Positions 53,599 to 64,000 of a DNA stretch of 64,000 bases are shown piece after piece. Location of the stretch: the NCBI GenBank assembly GCA_951406725.2, contig OX597840.1, forward strand, positions 35,278,001-35,342,000, given 5' to 3'. Both the position numbers and the translations under genes were made by a program. Position 1 is the stretch's first letter; every line of letters begins with the position of its first letter. The DNA is from Octopus vulgaris. Lineage: Eukaryota. The notes below the pieces were generated by a model, which worked only from the letters and a program-made list of their open reading frames with translations, was not told the DNA's origin and did no database searches.

Positions 53599-53803
53599 GT
53601 GAGCTGGCAGAAACATTAGCGCACCGGGTGAAATGCTTAGCAGTATTTCCTCTGTTGCTACGTTCTGAGTTCAAATTCCACTGAGGTAGACTTTGCCTTT
53701 CATCCTTTCGGGGTCGATTAAAGAAGTACCAGTTATGCACTGGGGTCGATGCGAGCAACTTAATCCTCTCCCTCAAGCTGCCCTTGTGCCAAAAATTTGA
53801 AAT
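53597..53803 (+). mobile_element. SINE family A
   Basis: Family match. Confidence 0.85.
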
Positions 53804-53826
53804 CATTATTATTTTCATTATAATTA

Positions 53827-53876
<50 letters not shown>

Positions 53877-54696
53877 TTTCTCAGCAAAAAAGATGGTCGT
53901 GTGCCAGAAGAATACTTTATGGAATTTATCTCTGCATCTTTTACTCAATGAGTTCAATTCCCACTGGGGTACATTTTGACCTTTTCATCACTCAGGGATG
54001 CATGTATACGTGTGTGTGTGTGTCTGTGTGCGTGCGCGCAAGTGTGTGTGTGCATGTTTGTACATGTCTGTGTGAGCGCATGTGTGTGTGTATGTGCATG
54101 TGTCTGTCTGCATGCAAGCACACGTGTCTGTCTGTGTGTGTGTGTGTGTGTGTGTCTGTGTGTGTGTGTGTGTGTATGTGTGTGTGTGTCTGTTTGTGTA
54201 TGTGTGTGCATGTGTGTGCATGTGTGTCTGTGTGTGTGTGTGTGTCTGTGTATGTGTGCGTGTGTAATAGTGCAGCTACACACCATGGCTGTTTGCCAAA
54301 AGACAGAACAAAAGCAAAATGGAAACAAGACGCAATGAGGCAGGTTTCAAGTCGTCACATCTCTCCCCAGAGCTGTAGGGGGGGGGGTCACCTGGGTTTT
54401 GTCTTCTTACCAATATTTTCCATCTCCACAAAGAGGTCAGCCACCAGAATCATCACCATGCTGGATAAAATGCTCAGCTGTGTTTTGTCTAGCTTTGCTC
54501 TGTGAGTTCAAATCCTGCTGATGCCTTTGCTCTAAAAAAACGGTGAGTGGGCAGAATCATCACCACACCGGGCAAAATGCTTGGCAGCATTCACTCCGTC
54601 TCTAGGTTCTGAGTTCAAATTCCACTGAGGTCGACTTTGATCCTCTTGGGATTGATAAAATAAGTCCCAGTTAAAAACTGTGACGCCGGTATTATA

Positions 54697-55330
54697 TGTT
54701 TGTTCCTTCTCGAGCCACACCTGGCTCATAAGGGCCGGTTTCCCGGTTTCCTTGGCGTATAGGTTCCCCACCTGGGCAGGACACCGGTCTGTCGCAGGTG
54801 AGCTGCAAGATGCAGGAGGAAAGAGTAAGAGAAAGTTTTGGCGAAGGAGTCAACAGAAGTTTCACCATTACCTTCTGCCGGAGCCACGTGGAGCTTAGGT
54901 GTTTCACTCATAAACACACACATCGCCTGGTCTGAGATTCAAACCCGTGATCCCTTGACTGTGAGTCCACTGCTCTAACCACTAGGCCAAGTGCCTCCAC
55001 ACACACACACACATATATATATTGTTGTTGCTTGTTACTTCTGGAGCCATGCCTGGCTCATAGGGCTGGTTTCCCGGTTTCCTTGGCGTATAGGTTCCTC
55101 ACCTGGACGGGACGCCGGTCCATTGCAGGTGAGCTACAAGATACAGGAGGAAAGAGTTAGAGAAAGTTCTGGCGAAAGATTCAGCAGAAGTTTCACCATT
55201 ACCTTCTGCCGGAGCCACGTGGAGCTTAGGTGTTTCGCTCATAAACACACATATTGCCCGGTCTGAGATTCGAACCCGTGATCCCTCGACTGTGAGTCCA
55301 CTGTTCTAACCACTAGGCCAAGTGCCTCTA
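54697..55330 (-). mobile_element. Two tandem full-length family B SINEs
   Basis: Each matches the reverse complement of 28322-28625. Confidence 0.9.
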
Positions 55331-55640
55331 TGCCAGTATTACCCAAAGCATGCGAGACACTGCTCTGGTTTTTATATATGTAACAAGGCCACACAAACAC
55401 ACAAGCGCCAATGAGCTCGTGTCTATTTACGTTCACCATTACAACACCCCCTCCCCAATGTGGTTAGCCATGATAAGATGGCTTCTATACTTTACATTAT
55501 CGAGCGATTACTGTTTCAATCGCATTCTGAGATTTAATTATGCTTACTGTCAGTTTTTCGACATCAGTGGCAGACGCCACTAGAAAAACTTATATCTATT
55601 TGCAAAGGAGCCTTCTCTTTCATCGCTACCTGGTGGTTAC

Positions 55641-55683
55641 CGCCCGTTGACGAGGGACAACAATCCTGAAACTAGTTCGAGCG
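55641..55683 (+). ncRNA. Degenerate minimal type I hammerhead ribozyme motif
   Basis: cgcccg-tTGACGA-ggga caacaa tcct-GAAAC-tag-tt-cgagcg: stems I and II pair; the first core C is T. Confidence 0.45.
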
Positions 55684-56299
55684 TATCACTCAGGCTAGCG
55701 AGGAAGGGATGGCCTCCCATTGCAAAATACTCCAAGGACACAGATATTGTGTCTAAAGCCAGCTAGAGACGAAGATCTCTTGGGGCTATAAAGCTACAGT
55801 AACACCCCCTCCCCAATGTGGTTAGCCATGATAAGATGGCTTCTATACTTTACAATAACACAGCGTCTTACATTTACGTCTCCCAGTTTATGAAAACAAA
55901 CTATGTGAAGCTATTTATCATAATATGATATGTACAAGTTATTCTGCTCAAGTTCAGAAAATAGCTTGCATTTGTCACAACTCAAAGCACGGTATTATGC
56001 ATGTAAAGTATCCGCATGCCATTGGTCTACTGCTAGTCTCATGACTTGAACGTAACCTAAAATAGCTAAGATAATGCACGGGACGGCGAGTGCGCCCACC
56101 TCAAGAGATAAAATACACGATAGCGAACATAAACATATGTCAGCCGCTAAAAAGTCCGTGATAGATGTAGGGCAGCTCTACATCGTATGTTTATGTTAAC
56201 CGCGGGAAGGCAAGCAAAAGTGTGATCGCATGTTTGCGTCAACCGTTGTCAAGGGGTTAAAAACTGGGACCAAGATAATTGACTTTGCTCCTTGCACGA

Positions 56300-56626
56300 A
56301 ATTGCTGGCCTTGTGCCAAAATTTGAAATCAATATCTAAGGCACCAAGATGGCAGAATCCATCGCACACCAGACAAAAAACTGAGTGAGACTTTGACTGC
56401 CTTTACAATCTGAGTTCAAAGTTCATCAAGGTCGACTTTACCTTTCATCTTCCTGGGGGTCAATAAAATAAGCACCAGTTGAATACTGGGGTTGATGTAA
56501 TTGACTAACTCCCCGCACCCCAAAATTGCTGGCCTTGTGCCGAAATTTGAAACCAATATTTTCCATCTCTCTTGATCACGGAGTTTCTGACCCCTAATTG
56601 GTCTTTTATAGAGTTAAATATTGGTC
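56300..56626 (+). repeat. Left arm of a ~330-bp inverted duplication (SINE A plus unique flank)
   Basis: Reverse complement at ~58338-58668. Confidence 0.88.
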
Positions 56627-56874
56627 TAACTTCAGTTCAAAAGTTTCATCAGGCTTGATAATCCTTCCTGCCCTAGGTGTCAGGAAGACACTTGGTAAGA
56701 AATGGAAACAGAATTGAAAAAAGATGCAAATGAAAATAATAATAACAAGAGCAATGAGAGAGTGCAAAACTCCGCCAAGGCAACACCAACATCCTCTCGA
56801 CGATTAGCCAGAGATGATTTTTGAAATGAAAATATCTGGAATATCAGCACTAAAGGTATACACCGTATCATCAA

Positions 56875-57025
56875 TAGTGATGATAATAACAATAATAATA
56901 ATAATGAGAATAATAATAATAATAATAATGATAATAATAATAATAATAATAATGATAATAATAATAATAATAATAATGATAATAATAATAATAATAATAA
57001 TGATAATAATAATAATAATAATAAC

Positions 57026-57060
<35 letters not shown>

Positions 57061-57244
57061 CAACAATAGCAATAATGATAATAATAATAATGATAATAAT
57101 AATAATAATAATGATGATAATAATAATAATAATAATAACAATAATAATAATAATAATAATAATAACAACAATAGCAATAATGATAATAATAATAATGATA
57201 ATAATAATAATAATAATGATGATAATAATAATAATAATAATAAC

Positions 57245-57276
<32 letters not shown>

Positions 57277-57473
57277 CAATAGCAATAATGATAATAATAA
57301 TAATGATAATAATAATAATAATAATGATGATAATAATAATAATAATGATAATAATGATAATAATAATGATAATAATAATTATAGTAATAATAATAATAAC
57401 AACAATAGCAATAATGATGATGATGATAATAATGATAATAATAATAATAATAATAATTATAATAATAATGATA
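56875..57473. repeat. (TAA)n microsatellite, about 600 bp
   Basis: Direct reading. Confidence 0.97.
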
Positions 57474-57936
57474 ATATAAACGTATCTGTCAAGACCTACC
57501 AGAAAGTGAGCAAATATAAAGATCTTGAAATAGAAATCAGCAAAATGTGGAAGCTGAAGACTAAAACAATACCTATTGTCATAAGTGCCCTGGGAATGAT
57601 AGCAAAAGGAGATGATTGCTACCTAACTCAGATACCAGGAAACCCAAAAATGGCAGAAATTCAAAAGTTAGTGCTCATGGGAACTGCTCATATCCTTCGC
57701 AAAATACTTTCTTTGTAATCTCAAGTTTTAAAACAAACATAATTTTCGTATGGTCTTTTAGACATTCACTAGTACAACACTAAGTACAAAACCAAATATA
57801 TGGCACACTAGGCATAACACCAACATGAACTTCCAACTTGTTGTCTCTTGAGGTCTCTGGATGAGACTTGGAGTCAACTTGTACAAATATAAAGCAAAAG
57901 TCAAACATAAAATAATAATAATAATAATAATAATAA
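57474..57936 (+). mobile_element. R4/Dong 3' end with 3' UTR and TAA tail
   Basis: KVSKYKDLEIEISKMWKL..IPIVISALG..GTAHILRKIL. Confidence 0.9.
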
Positions 57937-57937
57937 A

Positions 57938-58290
57938 TATCTGTGCCGCATCTGCAATAGAGTGTATGAAACCATTGGCCATATCACTAATGAATGCCCT
58001 AGACTTGCCCAAGACCACTACAAGTTGAGGCAACACGATCAGGTAGTGAAGGGCTATTTTGGAAAACTGTGCAAAAAGTGGGGACTAGAGAGGGACAAGA
58101 TGTGGTATGAGCACAAACTGCAGAGTGTGGCAGAGTTGGAGACTAGCAAATTCCTCCGGGATTTCCCAATCCAAACAGATCAGGTGCTAGAGAATAACAG
58201 ACCGGACCTTGTGGTGGTGGTCAAGGTGCATCACATATGCTAAGTAGTTGGTGTTGCATGCCCCTTTGACCCACAAATAGTCAAGAAGGG
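57938..58290 (+). mobile_element. Second R4/Dong fragment (CCHC knuckle and endonuclease start)
   Basis: LCRICNRVYETIGHITNECP..HDQV..DFPIQTD..NRPDLVVV. Confidence 0.88.
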
Positions 58291-58337
58291 AGCAGTACTT
58301 GATTTGTACTTTACTTTATTTGCTCTTTATTTTATTT

Positions 58338-58900
58338 GACCAATATTTAACTCTATAAAAGACCGATTAGGGGTCAGAAATTTCATGATCAAGAGAGAAG
58401 GAAAATATTGGTTTCGAATTTCGGCACAAGGCCAGCAATTTTGGGGGTGCGGGGAGTTAGTCAATTACATCAACCCCAGTATTCAACTGGTATTTATTTT
58501 ATCGACCCCCCCAGGAGGATGAAAAGTAAAGTCGACCTTGATGAACTTTGAACTCAGATTGTAAAGGCAGTCGAAGTCTCACTCAGGTCTTTGTCTGGCA
58601 TGCAATGGATTCTGGCAGCTTGGGGCCTTAGATATTGATTTCAAATTTTGGCACAATGCCAGCAATTTTGGGGCTGCAGGGACTTTGTCGATTACATCAA
58701 CCCCAGTATTCAAATTGTTAATAGTAGTAATCTTTTCCTCTGTAGGCACAAGGCCTGAAATTTTGGAGGGGGAGGAGACTAGTTACTTACATCGACCCCA
58801 GTGCATGACTGGTACTTATTTCATTGACCCCCCGAAAGGATGAAAGGCAAAGTCGACCTCGGCAGACTTTGAACGAAGAACGTAAAGACAGACGAAATGT
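58338..58900 (-). mobile_element. Right arm of the inverted duplication plus a further SINE A copy
   Basis: Sequence match to 56300-56626 and to family A. Confidence 0.85.
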
Positions 58901-58924
58901 CGTTAATAGTAACAGTAATAATAA

Positions 58925-58957
58925 GTGATGGCGATGGTGATGATGAGGATGATGGTG

Positions 58958-58989
<32 letters not shown>

Positions 58990-59510
58990 GATGATGGTGA
59001 TGATGGTGGTGGTGATGATAAGGATGATGATGATGGTGATGATGATGATGGTGGTGATGATGATGATGATGACGGTGATGATGATAGTGAAGATGATGAC
59101 GATGGTGGTGATCATGATGATATTGATGGTGGTGAAGATGATGATGATATTGATGGTGATGATGGTGGTGATGATGATGGTGGTGGTGGTGATGGTTTCC
59201 ATTCAGCTTGTAGCAGGAAGCTGCATTGTAGAAACACTTGACAAGCAGCTGCATAAGAAGAAGAAAGAAGACGAAGAGGAGGGGGAAAGAGAAATAGGAA
59301 GATTCTGAGAAAAAGAAACAATGTACAGACACACACAAAGACACACGAAGACACACACACACATAAAGACACACATACATACAAAGACACACACACACAG
59401 ACACACACACACACAGACACACACACACACACACACAGACACACATACATACAAAGACACACACACACAGACACACACACACACAAAGACACACACACAC
59501 ACATACAAAG

Positions 59511-59551
<41 letters not shown>

Positions 59552-59830
59552 CACAAAGACACACACACACAAAGACACACACACACATACAAAGACACAC
59601 ACACACACATACAAAGACACATACAAACACACACACACACAAAGACACACACACACACAAAGACACACAGACACAAAGACACACACACACAAGACACACA
59701 CACATACAGAAAGACATACACACACACACACAAAGATACACATACACTAAGACACACACGCACACACAAAGACACACACACACAAAGACACACACACAAA
59801 GACACAGACACACACACACACACGCACATG
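58925..59830. repeat. (GAT)n tract followed by (CA)n/aaagac compound repeat
   Basis: Direct reading. Confidence 0.9.
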
Positions 59831-60249
59831 CGCATAGAGAGAATAAGAATAAGAAAATAAAACAAAAATAAACTATACACATATATAAATATATAAATAT
59901 GTAGATATATAAGTGAATGTCTGGTTCTGAGAGAGTAATAAATATTTGAACACCTAATTTATTTGTCTTTGGTTGGCGGCGGCGGCAGTGGTGGTGGTGG
60001 TGGTGGTGGCGGTGGTGGTGGTGGTGCCGATGGTGCTTCAAACACTACCGATCCTCCCCCACCACCGCCCCCCTGCTGCTGCTGCTATGCGTTACCATTC
60101 TCTGGCCACCCCACTTCAGAGTGTAGGAGAGAGAGCGGCTGCGGTGGGAGGTAGTGCGACAGAGGTAGTAGTGGTGGTGGCGGCGGTAGCGGTGGTCATA
60201 AGAGCAAAAGTTGACAAACAGAAGCATCTTTGGTTAAATGCTGTGGAAA

Positions 60250-60284
60250 AAGAGGAGGAGGAAGAAGGGGAAGAAGAGGAGGAG

Positions 60285-60331
<47 letters not shown>

Positions 60332-60478
60332 AGAGGAAGAAGACGAAGAAGAGGAGGAGGAGGAGGAGGAAGAAGAAGAAGGAGGACAGGAGGAGGAGGA
60401 GGAGGAAGAAGAAGAAGGACAGGAGGAGGAGGAGGAGGAAGAAGAAGAGGAGGAGGCAGAAGAGAAGATGGAAGAGGG
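60250..60478. repeat. (GAG/GAA)n tract
   Basis: Direct reading. Confidence 0.95.
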
Positions 60479-60669
60479 TGAGACATTGAAAGTGTTAAAT
60501 GTATGGAGTGTCCTTGAAACAGAAAGTGATTCACCTCCAACCCCCAACACCCCTGCCACGCAAACACCCGCACCAACAATGAAGCTCCTATGTGGTCAGT
60601 CTACTTGCTAGAAATGACAACTAAATCTTCCTCAGGTGATACCCTGCTGCTTTGTTCAAAATCATTTTA

Positions 60670-61045
60670 TCTTCTACTTGTTTCAGCCACTGCACTGTGG
60701 CCATGCTGGGGCACCAACCCAAGGGGTTGTAGTTGAACAAATTAACCCCAACACTTACTTTTTTTTACACCTGGTGCTTATTTTATTGGTATCCTTTGCC
60801 ACACTGCTAAATTAAAGTGATGTAAACAAACCAACGCTGGTTATCCAAGTGGTGAGAAGGACAAAAACAGACAGACAGACACATACACATGAAGGACTTC
60901 CGCACAGTTTCTGTCAATCAAACTCACTCACAAGGCATTGGTCAGCCTGTGGCTATAGAACTAGCCCCTTGCCTAAGGTGCTGCACTGAGGGACTGAACC
61001 TGAAACCATGTGGTCGCAAACCAAGCGTCTTAACCAACCAAGAGT
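60670..61045 (-). mobile_element. Old SINE family C copy
   Basis: Diverged family match. Confidence 0.75.
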
Positions 61046-61242
61046 ACTTATTCACAGGCATACTCATTCATAAGAGTACTCAGTAAAGGAGTTACTCAAT
61101 CAATGGATATTTAATCAAGGAAGTACTTAATCATAGAAGTGGCCAGTGATAGGAGTACTTAATTTTAGGAAAAACCAAAGTACCCCACAATCATAAGAGT
61201 ACTCAATCATAAATGTACCCAGTTAAGGGATGACTCAATCAA

Positions 61243-63515
61243 TTATAAGTGTACCCAGTTAGGAGTCGACTCAGTCAATCATAAGTGTACCCAGTTAAGA
61301 GTCGACTCAGTCAATCATAAGTGTACCCAGTTAAGAGTCGACTCAGTCAATCATAGGTGTACCCAGTTAGGAGTCGACTCAGTCAATCATAGGTGTACCC
61401 AGTTAGGAGTCGACTCAGTCAATCATAGGTGTACCCAGTTAAGAGTCGACTCAGTCAATCATAAGTGTACCCAGTTAAGAGTCGACTCAGTCAATCATAG
61501 GTGTACCCAGTTAAGAGTCGACTCAGTCAATCATAGGTGTACCCAGTTAAGAGTCGACTCAGTCAATCATAGGTGTACCCAGTTAAGAGTCGACTCAGTC
61601 AATCATAGGTGTACCCAGTTAAGAGTCGACTCAGTCAATCATAGGTGTACCCAGTTAAGAGTCAACTCAGTCAATCATAGGTGTACACAGTTAAGAGTCA
61701 ACTCAGTCAATCATAAGTGTACCTAGTTAAGAGTCGACTCAGTCAATCATAAGTGTACCCAGTTAAGAGTCGACTCAGTCAATCATAAGTGTACCCAGTT
61801 AAGAGTCGACTCAGTCAATCATAGGTGTACCCAGTTAAGAGTCGACTCAGTCAATCATAGGTGTACCCAGTTAAGAGTCGACTCAGTCAATCATAGGTGT
61901 ACCCAGTTAAGAGTCAACTCAGTCAATCATAGGTGTACCCAGTTAAGAGTCAACTCAGTCAATCATAAGTGTACCTAGTTAAGAGCCGACTCAGTCAATC
62001 ATAAGTGTACCCAGTTAAGAGTCGACTCAGTCAATCATAGGTGTACCCAGTTAAGAGTCGACTCAGTCAATCATAGGTGTACCCAGTTAAGAGTCGACTC
62101 AGTCAATCATAAGTGTACCTAGTTAAGAGTCGACTCAGTCAATCATAGGTGTACCCAATTAAGAGTCGACTCAGTCAATCATAGGTGTACCCAGTTAAGA
62201 GTCGACTCAGTCAATCATAGGTGTACCCAGTTAAGAGTCGACTCAGTCAATCATAGGTGTACCCAGTTAAGAGTCGACTCAGTCAATCATAGGTGTACCC
62301 AGTTAAGAGTCAACTCAGTCAATCATAGGTGTACCCAGTTAAGAGTCAACTCAGTCAATCATAAGTGTACCCAGTTAAAAGTCGACTCAGTCAATCATAG
62401 GTGTACCCAGTTAAGAGTCGACTCAGTCAATCATAGGTGTACCCAGTTAAGAGTCGACTCAGTCAATCATAGGTGTACCCAATTAAGAGTCGACTCAGTC
62501 AATCATAGGTGTACCCAGTTAAGAGTCGACTCAGTCAATCATAGGTGTACCCAGTTAACAGTCAACTCAGTCAATCATAGGTGTACCCAGTTAAGAGTCA
62601 ACTCAGTCAATCATAAGTGTACCCAGTTAGGAGTCGACTCAGTCAATCATAGGTGTACCCAGTTAAGAGTCGACTCAGTCAATCATAGGTGTACCCAGTT
62701 AAGAGTCGACTCAGTCAATCATAGGTGTACCCAGTTAAGAGTCGACTCAGTCAATCATAGGTGTACCCAATTAAGAGTCGACTCAGTCAATAATAGGTGT
62801 ACCCAGTTAAGAGTCGACTCAGTCAATCATAAGTGTACCCAGTTAGGAGTCGACTCAGTCAATCATAGGTGTACCCAGTTAAGAGTCGACTCAGTCAATC
62901 ATAGGTGTACCCAGTTAAGAGTCGACTCAGTCAATCATAGGTGTACCCAGTTAAGAGTCGACTCAGTCAATCATAGGTGTACCCAATTAAGAGTCGACTC
63001 AGTCAATCATAGGTGTACCCAGTTAAGAGTCGACTCAGTCAATCATAGGTGTACCCAGTTAAGAGTCGACTCAGTCAATCATAGGTGTACCCAGTTAAGA
63101 GTCGACTCAGTCAATCATAGGTGTACCCAGTTAAGAGTCAACTCAATCAATCATAGGTGTACCCAGTTAGTAGTCGACTCAATCAATCATAAGTGTACCC
63201 AGTTAGGAGTCGACTCAATCAACCATAGGTGTACCCAGTTAGGAGTCAACTCAGTCAATCATAGGTGTACCCAGTTAAGAGTCGACTCAGTCAATCATAG
63301 GTGTACCCAGTTAAGAGTCGACTCAGTCAATCATAGGTGTACCCAGTTAAGAGTCAACTCAATCAATCATAGGTGTACCCAGTTAGTAGTCGACTCAATC
63401 GATCATAAGTGTACCCAGTTAGGAGTCGACTCAATCAACCATAGGTGTACCCAGTTAGGAGTCAACTCAGTCAATCATAGGTGTACCCAGTTAAGAGTCG
63501 ACTCAGTCAATCATA
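61243..63515. repeat. 36-bp tandem array, about 63 copies
   Basis: Unit agtcaatcataggtgtacccagttaagagtcgactc; period read from 61381 to 61417. Confidence 0.98.
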
Positions 63516-63649
63516 GAGGCACTTAATCAGAGGATTACACAGTTATAGCAGTGTTTGACCAAAAGGAGTACTTAATCATAGAACTACTCAGAGTAGTATT
63601 CAATGACAAGAGTCACAAAAATTCAATCTTCCATCTCCAATGTGTCTTG

Positions 63650-64000
63650 GGAAAATTTATTCTTACCTCTGCCTTAGCGAAGGCAAGAAGGCAGGGGTAT
63701 TGTTATCTCAAGAACCGCTGGACAGATTCAGGATAATATGTTAAGAGGTTAAAAATGAAAAAGAGAGAGGTACAACTGGATGAAACAGACGAACACACAG
63801 CGAAAGCAAAACAAACACAGGCCGAAGCTAAACCAGATGGGATCTCAGAGATGTGAAAAAGATGGAAAATGCTTTGCATAACAAACGCTCTACAGGGGCC
63901 ATCAATCCTGATGTTCACACATCTGAACTTAAATAAGGACCAGAAGGCTCTGTTATAGCAGCTCAGGATCAGCGTCCGTTCACAAGAAGCTACCAAGAAG
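63650..64000 (+). mobile_element. Old R4/Dong fragment running off the window end
   Basis: LP*RRQEGRGI and ELK*GPEGSVIAAQDQRPFTRSYQ resemble the YLPRxxGGRG and ETEGxIxAAQDQ motifs. Confidence 0.7.

Noticed and set aside
56677-56694. Plus-strand 18-nt microexon (ccctAG..G|GTAAGA)
   Set aside because: Isolated, opposite to the other candidate exons, and such signal pairs arise by chance.
59973-60611. Acidic 212-aa protein
   Set aside because: Mostly GGT and GAG/GAA microsatellite, non-ATG start, no recognisable domain.
61243-63515. CRISPR array (36-bp, partly palindromic repeat)
   Set aside because: Units are head-to-tail with no unique spacers, no cas genes, and the context is eukaryotic.

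Overview
Repeat-dominated, AT-rich metazoan DNA, most likely intronic or intergenic sequence from an octopus. That assignment is my inference from the tRNA-derived SINE families, RTE and R4/Dong LINEs and very high microsatellite density. Nearly all ORFs in the track are microsatellite artefacts. Supported content: decayed R4/Dong and RTE non-LTR retrotransposon fragments (some nested), a decayed mariner, non-autonomous Helitrons, MITEs, a probable LTR with a tRNA-Trp PBS, many SINEs, a 7.4-kb 125-bp satellite and a 2.3-kb 36-bp array. A few small minus-strand candidate exons point to an unidentified host gene. No intact protein-coding gene, CRISPR array or structural RNA gene is supported, and I cannot claim a new biological system. 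The best leads are a higher-order satellite that appears to grow out of an RTE 3' UTR motif, a decayed hammerhead ribozyme in a 358-bp repeat unit, and an LTR with a perfect 7-unit heat-shock element. Coordinates were read by eye and are approximate to a few bases unless a motif is quoted.
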